A stretch of DNA of 61,364 bases, from positions 2,753-64,116 of the forward strand of contig JAHLMP010000004.1 of NCBI GenBank assembly GCA_018920315.1. Reading direction: 5' to 3'. A model generated the notes under the pieces. The model saw only the letters and a list, made by a program, of their open reading frames with translations. It was not told the origin of the DNA and searched no databases. This DNA is from Candidatus Aenigmatarchaeota archaeon. Lineage in GTDB: Archaea > Aenigmatarchaeota > Aenigmatarchaeia > GW2011-AR5 > JAHLMP01. The position numbers and the translations under genes were made by a program. Shown here one piece after another: positions 1 to 10,460 of the stretch (position 1 is the stretch's first letter; each line of letters opens with the position of its first letter).

Positions 1-1161
1 GGAATTTAAAAAACTATAAAACCTTTTTCCTAACTTTTCTCCACTTAGTTTAACTTCAACTGGAATTATAATATCGTCCTTTCTTAAAACAAAATCTACT
101 TCAGACTTTCCAGTAGTTCTCCAATAATTTAATTTCCAGTTCTCGAGAGACAACAATTCTCGTAAAACAAAATTTTCCATTAAGGCACCTTTATCGCTTC
201 TTTCATCGAAAGATGAGAAGTTGTTTATTATAGAATTTCTAAGACCCAAATCCAGGAAATAAACTTTTGGAGATTTCCTTAATTCTGTAATCAAATTCCT
301 ATAAAATGGCTTTAATTCGTAAATTACATAAGTATGCTTGAGTATTGTTAAGAATTCTTCTACTTTTCTATAGCTTATCTTTAACTCAGAAGCCAAAGAA
401 GAAATCGAAATTAAGTTAGACACATTAAATGCCAAAATTTTTAGTAAATCTTCAAACTCTGAGGTTTCTTCTATTTTGAAAAAAGCTATTATATCTTTCT
501 CCAAGTAAAGGTTAAAGATATTCTTTAAGATTGTGATTTTTTCCTCTTGGCTAGCTGCCTTCACAACCTCTGGATAACCTCCGAAAACAACATATTCCTT
601 CCAATATCTTAGGAATTCATCAATAAATGAAGGTTGACTAATCTCATCCTTTCCATCTAAGAATTTTTTAAGAGATTCCTGCTTTTCTCTAACCAATCTT
701 TTTAGACCTTCGTCTTTCGCTGATAAAAACTCTTCAAAATCAAAAGTTAAAAGTTCGAATAGCAAAAGTCTACCAACCAAGAATGGCAGAACATTTACCT
801 TCAATTCTAAAGAAGATGAGCCAGAAATGAATATTTTTACATCTTGAAACTCGTCAAAAATTATTTTCAATTTTTCACCAGCATCTTTTACTCTTTGAAT
901 TTCATCTAAAAACAAGAACAACTTTTCTTTAGGCTTTTTATATCTTTTCACGAAATCTATTGTATTTTCTTCTAATGCTCTCCTGTATTCTATCAAGTCT
1001 AAATTAATAAAAACTTTGTTTCCCACTATTTCTTTTTCAATCATTTTTAAAAGAGTGGTTTTACCAGTTTGTCTTGCACCTCTAATACCTATAATCTCCC
1101 TTCTCTTTATGAATTTTCCAATTTTTTCTTCAAGTTTCCTTTTAATAAGTATCTCATCCAT
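1..1161 (-). CDS. AAA+ ATPase (AAA_14/DUF4143, COG1373-like), 3' end runs off the window
   Basis: Absent from the ORF track because it has no stop in the window. Read manually from ATG 1161: MDEILIKRKLEEKIGKFIKRREIIGIRGARQTGKTT (Walker A), LFLDEIQ (Walker B), GGYPE, distal EVDFV...IPVEVK. Confidence 0.85.
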   Translation of the reverse strand, partial: MDEILIKRKLEEKIGKFIKRREIIGIRGARQTGKTTLLKMIEKEIVGNKVFINLDLIEYRRALEENTIDFVKRYKKPKEKLFLFLDEIQRVKDAGEKLKIIFDEFQDVKIFISGSSSLELKVNVLPFLVGRLLLFELLTFDFEEFLSAKDEGLKRLVREKQESLKKFLDGKDEISQPSFIDEFLRYWKEYVVFGGYPEVVKAASQEEKITILKNIFNLYLEKDIIAFFKIEETSEFEDLLKILAFNVSNLISISSLASELKISYRKVEEFLTILKHTYVIYELKPFYRNLITELRKSPKVYFLDLGLRNSIINNFSSFDERSDKGALMENFVLRELLSLENWKLNYWRTTGKSEVDFVLRKDDIIIPVEVKLSGEKLGKRFYSFLNS

Positions 1162-1533
1162 ATATTTCTCTATTATTTTTGCAAATATTTAAAAATTAAT
1201 TCTATTATTTTTATATTAATTGAAAATAAAATTGAGATAACTATCTCGCTACTGAGAAAATTGTTTGAACTTATAATCTCTCATTCAAGAACTTAATAAA
1301 AAATTATCTGGAGAAGATATAAGCAATTTTCTCTTATCATCGAACCTTAATTTCACTTATTGGGAAAATATCTGAAAACAAAAGAATTTTTATCCTACTT
1401 TTTCGCGAAGTATATTTTCAGTTTTTCTAAGCAATCTATAAATTAATCCTTGCAATTCATGATGATATTTTAAATCATAATTTTATCTCATCTTTGCAAA
1501 ACCTTTCAAAAAAGTTACTTGATTTTCATCAAA

Positions 1534-2361
1534 TTACTCCATACCTTCAATCTTTTCTTTTAAAACTAAGTTTGGATTTTTCTCAGCCTTATTTAGATTT
1601 ACTATGAGCTTAGAGAATAGCTCATCGAATTCTACTATTCCTCTTTTCCTCTTATAAGGGTTTGCAAAAGAAACTATTTGTTGATACACAAATGGGTGCC
1701 ATTTGCCAAGCTCCTTTATCTTTTGTGCAATGGATTTCATTAAAGAAAAGGCCTCCATAACTTTACTTGCTCTCTCCTCTCTAATTTTTATTGCATCCTT
1801 AATTTTTTCATCAACGAAGAAATCGCATTTCTTCATTATCGATTCTAAAGAACTTCCTGAGAATTTTTCTAATTTTTCATATGCAATTCCTAAGGTAACA
1901 TAATAAGCATTTTCTATAGAATCTGTAATTATAGGATCACTTTCGTAAGTTTCTGGCGAGGTGCTTAAGTACTCGCGATATATATTTAATGCAACAAAAG
2001 ACTTTTCCCTAATATTAAGCTCTTTCTCTATATTTAGATTCATCATTAGCTTTGCAAGCTTCTCAGGAACTATAATTGCAGGAAGCTCTTTTATCCCAAC
2101 CCTTTGAGCAGCAAGAAAGCGATGTTGGCCATCGAGAATAACATATTCATCTTTTTCCTTATTTTCATAAACAATTAAAGGGACTATAAAGCCTATTCTT
2201 TCTATAGAAGATACAAGATGCTTTACATGATATTCGCTTGGCTTTCTTTGATGAGAAACAACAACGAGCTTATCTATTGGCACAAGCCTAAATCTAAATT
2301 TATTTCCTTTTGTTGGTTCTTTAAACTCAAACTCATTTGCTTCTTTCTCTGCTTTTGCCAT
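1534..2361 (-). CDS. ParB/Srx N-terminal domain protein
   Basis: SIERIGFIVPLIV...ILDGQHRFLAA is a ParB-like motif; no ParA adjacent. Confidence 0.8.
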   Translation of the reverse strand: MAKAEKEANEFEFKEPTKGNKFRFRLVPIDKLVVVSHQRKPSEYHVKHLVSSIERIGFIVPLIVYENKEKDEYVILDGQHRFLAAQRVGIKELPAIIVPEKLAKLMMNLNIEKELNIREKSFVALNIYREYLSTSPETYESDPIITDSIENAYYVTLGIAYEKLEKFSGSSLESIMKKCDFFVDEKIKDAIKIREERASKVMEAFSLMKSIAQKIKELGKWHPFVYQQIVSFANPYKRKRGIVEFDELFSKLIVNLNKAEKNPNLVLKEKIEGME

Positions 2362-2448
2362 ATCAATATTATATACTTACTTTATAATTAAATGCTTACT
2401 CATTGAAGCCTTTGTTTGAGAAGATTTTATTTTAAATTATATTTTAAA

Positions 2449-3651
2449 TTAGTAGATATACCAAAGATTCATCTTTATCATATATGGCTCGAAATCAAAA
2501 TTTCCTGAAACAATATAATAAACTGTTACGTAATTCTTTAATTTTTCTTCTTTATATCCTATATTCTCGCTAAGCCACAATATAATTGCTTTCATTAGCT
2601 GATTTAAATCTGTTCTCTCTTCGCTATAATCATTAATCCATGCAGCCTTTCCATTACTATACCTTGTTATATAATAATTCAGCTGAGATGCTGCATATCC
2701 ATTAAAGCTTATCAAAAGACTTTTTTCATTTGCATCTACTAGCATAGAAGGCTGAAAGTAAAACTCGTAATTTCTATCGATTATTCTGATCTCGGCAAAA
2801 ACTCTTCCGGTAGAATAATCTATAACTATATCATCTATTTTTATTCTAGTATTATCGATTATCATAACATCTCCTTTATAGTATCTAAGTCCCTGATTAT
2901 TATCATAAGTAACATAAGGTATGCTATTATTATCTAAATAGATGTTTAGTGCATGAGAGTTTTCTCTAACCCAAAAGACAGAATTATTATAGACATTAAT
3001 TCTTGTATCAACAAAATATTCTCCTATTCTAAATGGCTCTAATGAATTTTGATTTATTATAAAACTTTCTGCGCTTCCAATTTTTGGGGTAAGATTGAAT
3101 AAATTGTTCTCACAAGCGACTGTAGAAATCATCAAGAAAGATTTTCCTTCATCAAGATAATTATAATAATTTGAGAGGTCTCTACAACCAAAAAATGCTA
3201 TAACGTTTGCATCTTTCATTTCATCTAAGCTACTATTTTCAAGGATTTCAAGCTTGATATTCTTCCCTCTAAAGTAAAATAAAGCATCCTCTGGATAATT
3301 AATTGCAACCATTCGCTTAAATCTTTCCCTCTCTTCATAACTACAGTTGCATCCTATTTTTATTACATTTTTATTAAGATGAAGAATCTCTATCTCAGCT
3401 CTTGCATTAGAAGGAATGATTTTATATATTTCGTTTCTAAGTCCAATTAAATCATTGTTTAAAACAAGATTTCTTAGAATGCCTGCTTTATCCAAAGAGG
3501 CTAACGCGTCTCTACCAATTACTGCTAATAAAGAAAGCTCATATTCTTCCCTTTTCTCTTCTGATGATAAGAGAAAAAGCAGAATAAAGAATAAGAGAAA
3601 CGATGCTAGTATTGCTTCTACAGTTTTTATAAATCCTTTTTTTCTTTTCAT
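2449..3651 (-). CDS. Large pilin-like/adhesin protein with class III signal peptide
   Basis: MKRKKG|FIKTVEAILAS followed by a hydrophobic helix; lies in the pilus locus. Confidence 0.6.
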   Translation of the reverse strand: MKRKKGFIKTVEAILASFLLFFILLFLLSSEEKREEYELSLLAVIGRDALASLDKAGILRNLVLNNDLIGLRNEIYKIIPSNARAEIEILHLNKNVIKIGCNCSYEERERFKRMVAINYPEDALFYFRGKNIKLEILENSSLDEMKDANVIAFFGCRDLSNYYNYLDEGKSFLMISTVACENNLFNLTPKIGSAESFIINQNSLEPFRIGEYFVDTRINVYNNSVFWVRENSHALNIYLDNNSIPYVTYDNNQGLRYYKGDVMIIDNTRIKIDDIVIDYSTGRVFAEIRIIDRNYEFYFQPSMLVDANEKSLLISFNGYAASQLNYYITRYSNGKAAWINDYSEERTDLNQLMKAIILWLSENIGYKEEKLKNYVTVYYIVSGNFDFEPYMIKMNLWYIY

Positions 3652-3689
3652 ACTTTTCTCCCTTTTGATCTCAATTTAGATGATGCTAT

Positions 3690-4178
3690 TTATTGATATA
3701 TTCTAATTATTAGTAAAACTACTTCATTGTCTAAGGAAGACGCTCTTCTTATCTCAACAAATTTTCTATAAGCATATTCTCTTCCACATTTTGCCAAAAT
3801 ATCTTCATTTGTTTTTTTAATTATAATTTCGAAATCTATCTCATTTGGAATTGATAAAAGAGATTTAATTCTATTGTAATCATCAATATTGCAATTATTT
3901 ATCGCTAGAACTTTTTCCCTTTTTAATTTATAAAAATCCTCTGCAAAGCCCAAGCGTCTCGCTACATATATATTATTCCAATCGCTTGGAATTCCTTTAT
4001 CGTGAAGAAGAAGTTCTGAAATAGCAAAGCCAAAAAGCAAAGCCCTTTCTCTGTCTTTACTTTCTTTGCTTGAGAAAAAGTTTTGTATTATAGAATGAGA
4101 AATTATCAACAAAACTATTATAAATATTGCCAAAGAAAATAAAAAATCGATGGGCACCTGAGATTTATATCGATACAT
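3690..4178 (-). CDS. Minor pilin-like protein (class III signal peptide)
   Basis: Probable start MYRYKS|QVPIDFLFSLAIF (GGAG upstream); ORF track extends to 4196. Confidence 0.6.
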   Translation of the reverse strand: MYRYKSQVPIDFLFSLAIFIIVLLIISHSIIQNFFSSKESKDRERALLFGFAISELLLHDKGIPSDWNNIYVARRLGFAEDFYKLKREKVLAINNCNIDDYNRIKSLLSIPNEIDFEIIIKKTNEDILAKCGREYAYRKFVEIRRASSLDNEVVLLIIRIYQ

Positions 4179-4231
4179 TAAAATCTCCATTGACAAACTC
4201 TAAATCATTTAAATCTACTTTGAAACAAAAT

Positions 4232-5182
4232 TTAAATTATCCCTATTTCTGCTGTTATAATAAATGTTAAAAATCCTGTAATGCCCATTATTAATGAATG
4301 CTTTAAACCTGCAGCTATAGAGTTAGAGCCAATCTGTCCAGCTATTAACCCTGAAAATACACCTTCTATAATTATCATAAGTAAAAATATAGCATTGTAA
4401 TAGCATCTTGCATTCTCTTTCTTTCCAAATCTGAAGGCTTCGCAAATAACAAAATAAAAATGACAAATTGAGCAAGCTTCATAACTAGAGCCTATACAAG
4501 CCTTGCAAGGGCTTTGGCCAAATGGTATGCCTGGCAATTCTTCTGTTCCAGGTATTTGTGGGAATTTTAGTAAAAAGGCTATCAAAGCTATAGAAATTCC
4601 TAAGAAGATGAAGAATATTGCATAAACTGCCATTATATGCTGGTTCATCAAAGCGCTTTTCTCAAGCTCAGCTTCTTTTATTCCTTCTACATTATCTGCT
4701 AAGGAATCGAGTATATCTTCTGATTTTCCTCCTGATTCTTCTATCTGAGAAATAGCTAAGATTGACTGCGAAATTATTTGACTATCTTTCAACTTATTTC
4801 TAAAATTATCTAAAGCCTCTTTTAGGGAAATATTCCAAGAAAGCTGATTATTTAATCTAACTACATGTGGTGTTAGCGCTCCGTAATCAGAAGCAGCGCA
4901 AGTTTTTATAGCTTGTATCAATGTTAATCCACTTCTCTTTGCTGCAGCAATATCTCTTAGAAAATTTGGAAAGTTCATCTCGCAATTTCTCAAGTTCTGA
5001 AACTTGATGAATTTAAAAATAGAATAAGGAAGTATTATTACCATTACTCCAATGATTATTAAGTTAACAAATAAAGCTATGTTTTGATAGGTAAAGCTTG
5101 CCAAGATTAGAATTATGAAGAATAAAATCGAAGATATAAGCAATATGCCTTTTTCATTCAACTCCAATTTTTTTCCTTTCAT
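4232..5182 (-). CDS. Type IV pilus membrane platform protein (TadC/T2SSF domain)
   Basis: FPNFLRDIAAAKRSGLTL...DYGAL...ESGG, multiple TM helices, C-terminal GLIAGQI...GLKH. Confidence 0.85.
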   Translation of the reverse strand: MKGKKLELNEKGILLISSILFFIILILASFTYQNIALFVNLIIIGVMVIILPYSIFKFIKFQNLRNCEMNFPNFLRDIAAAKRSGLTLIQAIKTCAASDYGALTPHVVRLNNQLSWNISLKEALDNFRNKLKDSQIISQSILAISQIEESGGKSEDILDSLADNVEGIKEAELEKSALMNQHIMAVYAIFFIFLGISIALIAFLLKFPQIPGTEELPGIPFGQSPCKACIGSSYEACSICHFYFVICEAFRFGKKENARCYYNAIFLLMIIIEGVFSGLIAGQIGSNSIAAGLKHSLIMGITGFLTFIITAEIGII

Positions 5183-5200
5183 TTTAATTTCACTTGATAA

Positions 5201-6055
5201 TTATCCTGTTGGGGATCTCATCTTAACCAATAAAATAAAAGCAATCGAAGTAAGAGGAAGTAAAATAAATATTATAAAAAATTGAATAATTATTACATCT
5301 AATCCAGCACCTGCCATTACAGCAGTTAGAACTGTAAACATTATAGAGCCAGCTATAACAAGCGTTAGATATATTTCTATATACATTGAAAGCTCTTGAG
5401 AGAAGCGAACAATCTTTCTTCTATACTCGTTCATGAGCAAATCTGTCTTTTCTCTAAGAAATATCGCTAGATCTGTGCCACTTGCAACAGAGGTTGCCAT
5501 TCCCCAAAGAAGTTCGCGGAAATTTTTTGATGGAGTTTCAGAAGCTTCCTTTCTCATAGCTTCGACGGAATTCATTCCAAAGAATGTTATATTTCTACTA
5601 ATATTGCTTGCAGACTTTGCAACCTCTCCAAACTCTTTAAACCTTGCTAAGGTATTAAATATAAATAATGGTAATGCCTTTCCCGCTGAAAGGGCTGCCA
5701 TATAAGATGTTGCAAAAGGTAGTTTTTTGTCTATCTCATCTTCCTTCTTCTTACTTAAAACTCTAGGATATGAGTAAAAGAAAAAGAATACTATACCACT
5801 TATTCCAAAGGATAGCGTCGCCGCAAGAGAAACTGAAACAAAGACATCGAAAAATAATCCAAAAATAAATGAAAGGATTATTATCTCAAGTAAAAATGTT
5901 AGAAAGGATGTGAAAAATGCCATTGAAAGATACTCATCTAATGTAAATGCTAAGTGAGCTATTTTAAGATCTGTTTTAACATCTAGGAAGTGCTTTCTTA
6001 AAGGTTTTATTAGACTTCCAAAGCGCCTATAACAAAACTTTGAATAGCTTGTCAT
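5201..6055 (-). CDS. Type IV pilus membrane platform protein (TadB/TadC-like, T2SSF domain)
   Basis: IDKKLPFATSYMAALS...TPSKNFRELLWG...SGTDL; TM helices; adjacent to the assembly ATPase. Confidence 0.85.
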   Translation of the reverse strand: MTSYSKFCYRRFGSLIKPLRKHFLDVKTDLKIAHLAFTLDEYLSMAFFTSFLTFLLEIIILSFIFGLFFDVFVSVSLAATLSFGISGIVFFFFYSYPRVLSKKKEDEIDKKLPFATSYMAALSAGKALPLFIFNTLARFKEFGEVAKSASNISRNITFFGMNSVEAMRKEASETPSKNFRELLWGMATSVASGTDLAIFLREKTDLLMNEYRRKIVRFSQELSMYIEIYLTLVIAGSIMFTVLTAVMAGAGLDVIIIQFFIIFILLPLTSIAFILLVKMRSPTG

Positions 6056-6254
6056 ATATTTAAATTATGTTTTAATTACTATTTATCTCTTATTTTCATT
6101 TTTGAATTTGAGAAAATCGAAAATATATTTTCTTCAAATTATATATTACTGTATATAAATATACTTTTTATATAAGAAAAATACTATAAAAATTGGGTTA
6201 ATAAATGGGTTTAGTAAATTTAATTAAAAACAGATTTACACAAAAAATATTTTT

Positions 6255-8018
6255 TTATATCATCGCTTCAATCCTTTCCATTATTGTTTCTCTTGCAGTA
6301 TAGAATAAATTGATTGCTCTTACCATCTCTTCATAGCTTTCTACGCCTTTTTTAGCAAGAAAATACAAAAACTTTGCTCTATCTTTCAAATCCTTTTTTA
6401 TATCTTCTATTTTTATTCCTGTTCTTTTTGAAATCTTAGCAAGCAAATAGCTCTCGCGAGCAATGAACTTATCTTGCATAGGATCCCATCTTATTACATC
6501 ATTGCCTTTTGGTTCATTCTTTTCTCGATCATAACCTGTTATCTCAGTTATAGAAATTATTCTTCTCACATATTTTTCTCTTAGCCTTACTCTTGCAATA
6601 AATATAACCATATCCAAGTTCTGGATTAGAGAGGATGGCAAGCTAATTGGTGGTGTTGTCAATCTATCTATCAGCTTTTGAAAGCTTTCAGCATGAATAG
6701 TTGCTAGGCCTGCATGCCCAAGAGCCATTTGTTGAAATAGAACATATGCTTCCCTTCCTCTTACCTCTCCTACTATTATATAATCTGGTCTTTGTCTTAA
6801 TGCCTCTCTTAATAGCTCATAAAGATCTATTTCCCTTTCTTCTTTTGCTATAGATACTCTTGCTACTTGAGGTACCCAATGAGGATGATAAAGCTGTAGC
6901 TCTGCTGTATCTTCTATAGAAACAACCTTGAGCTGAGGTTTTATAAAGGAGCAAAGTACATTAAGAAGCGTTGTTTTTCCACTTGCTGTACCACCAGCTA
7001 TCAAAGCAGAGCAACCATGCTCTATCAAAAACCAAAGATAAGATAAAGTTGCAATATCGCAAGTACCAAACTTTAATAGATGAATAGGCGTTAGTGGTTT
7101 TTCAGAGAATTTTCTAATAGTAAAGTTAGAGCCTCTTCTTGCTATATCACTTTCTAAGGTTGCTTGCACTCTTGAGCCATCTGGTAGAGTTCCGTCTAAC
7201 AAAGGAGATGCAAGAGATAAAACCTTTCCACAGCGTTCTCCAAGCTTTATTACAAATCTATTTAGCAATTCTCTATTTTCAAACACTATATTTGTTTTTA
7301 TTGATCCTATTCTTGGATCTTTATGATAAACATATATAGGAATTCCAACGCCGTCACAACTTATATCTTCGATGTAAGGATCGTGTATTAAAGGTTCTAT
7401 TCTCTCCATCCCTATAAAATCTCTGAAAAGATAATACTGAAATATCTCAAATAGGTTTTCATTGTGCATCTTTTTAATGTTGAAGTAATCCAAAGCTTCT
7501 GAGAATAATCTATTGAGATAATTTATTGCATCGCTTTTTCTTAGCTTTGTAAAATCTACATTTATTTTTTCCTTAATAAAACCTTCTATCTTTTTCAATA
7601 GCTCTATTTGTTCTTTTGTTAATACTGGTTCCTCGACTATATAATTTAATTCCCTTGTTTCAGGATTCCAAAATATATTAGCAGAAGCAAAAACCTTATT
7701 GTTTAATGTTATTAACGGATATCTTATAGAAATCTTTCTTAGCTCTTCTTCTTCCAATTCTTCTTCTTTAACTTCTTCTATCTTTTTATCAAACATCCTC
7801 TCTATGGAAATTGGCTCTATTTTCTCTTCGAAAACGCTTTCCTCTTTTTTTTCTTCCTCTTTACTTTGCAAAGGTTGTTGCCACATGCCTTGTTGAAATA
7901 GCTGTGGCAAAAATTTTCTTGCCTCTTGAGCTTTATATTCTTGCCTAATTTCCTCTTTTTTAGGCTTTATTATTATATAAACCTTTTGCTTCTCTTCTTC
8001 CTTTTTACCTTCTTCCAT
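6255..8018 (-). CDS. Type IV pilus assembly ATPase (VirB11/TadA/ArlI family)
   Basis: Walker A GGTASGKTT, SIEDTAEL, LRQRPDYIIVGEVRG, GHAGLATIHA. Confidence 0.95.
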   Translation of the reverse strand: MEEGKKEEEKQKVYIIIKPKKEEIRQEYKAQEARKFLPQLFQQGMWQQPLQSKEEEKKEESVFEEKIEPISIERMFDKKIEEVKEEELEEEELRKISIRYPLITLNNKVFASANIFWNPETRELNYIVEEPVLTKEQIELLKKIEGFIKEKINVDFTKLRKSDAINYLNRLFSEALDYFNIKKMHNENLFEIFQYYLFRDFIGMERIEPLIHDPYIEDISCDGVGIPIYVYHKDPRIGSIKTNIVFENRELLNRFVIKLGERCGKVLSLASPLLDGTLPDGSRVQATLESDIARRGSNFTIRKFSEKPLTPIHLLKFGTCDIATLSYLWFLIEHGCSALIAGGTASGKTTLLNVLCSFIKPQLKVVSIEDTAELQLYHPHWVPQVARVSIAKEEREIDLYELLREALRQRPDYIIVGEVRGREAYVLFQQMALGHAGLATIHAESFQKLIDRLTTPPISLPSSLIQNLDMVIFIARVRLREKYVRRIISITEITGYDREKNEPKGNDVIRWDPMQDKFIARESYLLAKISKRTGIKIEDIKKDLKDRAKFLYFLAKKGVESYEEMVRAINLFYTARETIMERIEAMI

Positions 8019-8049
8019 TCCCTCACCTTGAAAATCTAACTAGATCTTT

Positions 8050-8490
8050 CTATCTTAATATTTCTATCGAATATTCTGAAGCTCTTACAATTATTTTTCC
8101 AGTAGAGCTTCCTACACTCCCATTAATATTTTTATCTTCAGAAATATAAAAAAGGCCTATAGAGCTTCTTAATGAATAATTATAAATATCATAAAGTAAT
8201 AATTGATTATCAAATGCTTCTATAAAATATGAATTCTCATTTATGGATGAAAGTAAATCTAGATTAATGATTGCATTTGCGTTAAGCTCATGAGCTTTTA
8301 CAATGCCACATGAAATAGCGCTCGAAGCAAGCTTTAACTGATCTTCTTCAGCTGTTTTACTAATCCAACCTGAAAATTGAGTGAAAAAAGTAGAAGAAAA
8401 TAGAGCGATCATTATTCCTAATGCAAATAAAAATAATTCCAATATTATTCTCACCTGCCCTTTTTTTGTTTTTATCTTAACTTTTCTCAT
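8050..8490 (-). CDS. Pilin-like protein (class III signal peptide)
   Basis: Probable start MRKVKIKTKKG|QVRIILELFLFALG; ORF track extends to 8547. Confidence 0.6.
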   Translation of the reverse strand: MRKVKIKTKKGQVRIILELFLFALGIMIALFSSTFFTQFSGWISKTAEEDQLKLASSAISCGIVKAHELNANAIINLDLLSSINENSYFIEAFDNQLLLYDIYNYSLRSSIGLFYISEDKNINGSVGSSTGKIIVRASEYSIEILR

Positions 8491-8560
8491 CTTAATCCTT
8501 ATTTTAACAAAAATATAATCTTGTTGATATATAAAAATTTCGAGCAAGTAAATTCTTTGA

Positions 8561-9136
8561 TTATACGAGCTTTATTTCTATCAATGTTTTTATAAGATTT
8601 CCTTCTAAAACTTTGCCCTTATTCTCTATTATAATTTCTCCTTTACCCATTTGCTTTTCTCCTTCTAAAACTATAAGATACACGTTTCCATCTTGCAAAG
8701 ATATTAAGCTCCTATAACTTAGGTAATATGTTGTATAATATTTTTCTTCAATTTTTCTACTATAAACATAAAATATCTCCGGCTCATCTCTTCCTAAAAT
8801 ACAAGAGTTTGTTATATGGCAATCTGGATTTTTTGTAAAATATATTTGTTTTCCTGGATCATAGATTGTTGCTCTTGTTTCAAGGAAAACTGTTATTGCT
8901 CCATTCTCAAAGCTAAATGTTGGTATATCAATTTTTACACTTTCTCTACCTCCTGTATTAGCTACGCTTTTTATTTTATTATTTAACTCTTTCATGAAAG
9001 CTTCTATATTTTGTAGATTCGCGACATCTCTATTCTTTTCTATTATTCCAATGCCCCATATGTATGCAGAAGAAACAACTATTATAAGTATAGCTGTAAT
9101 TAAGATGTATGTTATAATCTCTTGCTGTGCTTTCAT
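8561..9136 (-). CDS. Pilin-like protein (class III signal peptide)
   Basis: MKA|QQEIITYILITAILIIVVSSAYIWG. Confidence 0.65.
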   Translation of the reverse strand: MKAQQEIITYILITAILIIVVSSAYIWGIGIIEKNRDVANLQNIEAFMKELNNKIKSVANTGGRESVKIDIPTFSFENGAITVFLETRATIYDPGKQIYFTKNPDCHITNSCILGRDEPEIFYVYSRKIEEKYYTTYYLSYRSLISLQDGNVYLIVLEGEKQMGKGEIIIENKGKVLEGNLIKTLIEIKLV

Positions 9137-9237
9137 TTACTAGCGCCCTATTAAAAATTACTTAATTGATTTTACATAGATAAGGTTATATGCTATTTTA
9201 TATATTGTCATTGCTCTTCTTTTTTCATTACTCAAAT

Positions 9238-9693
9238 TTATCTTGGTATTGTAACTTGCGTTGCTTGTGTTGGCTGTGCAACTTTTCTAACAGGAACTCT
9301 TGAAATAAGTAGTGCGTTGAGTCTCTTCTCTAATTTGGATATCTTATCTAATAACTCTTCCTGAGCTTCTTTCAATCTTCTATTTTCTTCTTCAAGCTCC
9401 TTAACCCTTTTGCTTTCTCCCCCACCTACTTCTATTTCAACTTCAAACTTGCTTGAAAATTCGTCGATCCTTTTTATCAATCCTTCTAAAGCTGTTGTTA
9501 AATTATTTAACTTATCTATTATTCCTGTGTTCATTCTTATCAAATCGCCAACAACCTGCTGATTTGTCTTTACAAGTTCTATATATTCGCTTGCTGTACT
9601 TCTTTCTTGTAACATCTCTTCTAACTTTTTAATCCTCTTTTCCATTGCTCTTATAGGATCTAAAGGTATTACTTCATATTCTTCTCTTACCAT
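9238..9693 (-). CDS. Coiled-coil hypothetical protein
   Basis: Heptad-rich 151 aa ORF with SD GTGA upstream, co-oriented with the pilus locus. Confidence 0.6.
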   Translation of the reverse strand: MVREEYEVIPLDPIRAMEKRIKKLEEMLQERSTASEYIELVKTNQQVVGDLIRMNTGIIDKLNNLTTALEGLIKRIDEFSSKFEVEIEVGGGESKRVKELEEENRRLKEAQEELLDKISKLEKRLNALLISRVPVRKVAQPTQATQVTIPR

Positions 9694-9777
9694 TCTTATT
9701 CACTACAATAAAATATATTTTCAAGAGTTTATAAAACTTTTTTAAGCATATTTAGCTAAATAATATTTCCGTAATAC

Positions 9778-10353
9778 TCAATATCTTCTTATTAAGCTTT
9801 CTATTGTAGCATCTATTGAGTCTGCATAAAAAACTATAAGCGCTTCTATTGTTTGTGGCGGATTCGCTCCGTTAGGACCAAAGTGGCTTGCAACTATGTG
9901 AATCACTTCTTCTGGAAAATCTCTTAGATAAAGCTCGCAACATGCCCAAATTCCATGGTCAAGCATAGATTCATTACTTACAATCTTTCCTTTCTCTTTT
10001 TTATAGCAAAATATTTTCATTATATCATGCAAAATAGCTCCTGCTATTAAATAATCTTTGTTAATCATTATTCCATAAGATTCTTCAAATATTTTTGCAA
10101 GAGCAATAGAAATCTTTACAACAGCTAAGGTATGGTCTATTAATCCTTCTTCATAAGCATGATGAAAAGTAGATGGTCCGCCATAAGCTTTCGAGAAATC
10201 AATTTTATACTTTTCATATTTTTTGAAATTTTGATTACTTATTTTAATATTTTTTATTATTTCAATAGTTTTTTCTCTAAGCTCTTCATTTTTTATCAGT
10301 CTTGCAAGTTCTATAAGCTCCTTTTCTTTTTCTATACTCATCTTTCTCGCCAA
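9778..10353 (-). CDS. HD-domain phosphohydrolase (YhaM/HDIG-like)
   Basis: HHAYEEGLIDHT...AILHDIMK...DHG...SHFG...YADSID. Confidence 0.85.
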   Translation of the reverse strand: MARKMSIEKEKELIELARLIKNEELREKTIEIIKNIKISNQNFKKYEKYKIDFSKAYGGPSTFHHAYEEGLIDHTLAVVKISIALAKIFEESYGIMINKDYLIAGAILHDIMKIFCYKKEKGKIVSNESMLDHGIWACCELYLRDFPEEVIHIVASHFGPNGANPPQTIEALIVFYADSIDATIESLIRRY

Positions 10354-10460
10354 TTTTATTTTTCAAAATTATTATAAAATTTCTTCAATACAAATATTTT
10401 AAAGCGATTTAGCTGTGAATATAAGTTTTAAATGGTTTAGCTAATTGAGATGGTGTTTCT

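Noticed and set aside
1-1161. Treating the first AAA+ ATPase as part of the homogenised array
   Set aside because: Same broad family, but its distal region (EVDFV...IPVEVK) does not share the array's 3' nucleotide module, and it lies 54 kb away.
6152-6174. Inverted repeat TATATAAA-N7-TTTATATA in the pilus-locus gap
   Set aside because: A/T-only arms in very AT-rich DNA; plausible by chance or just TATA elements.
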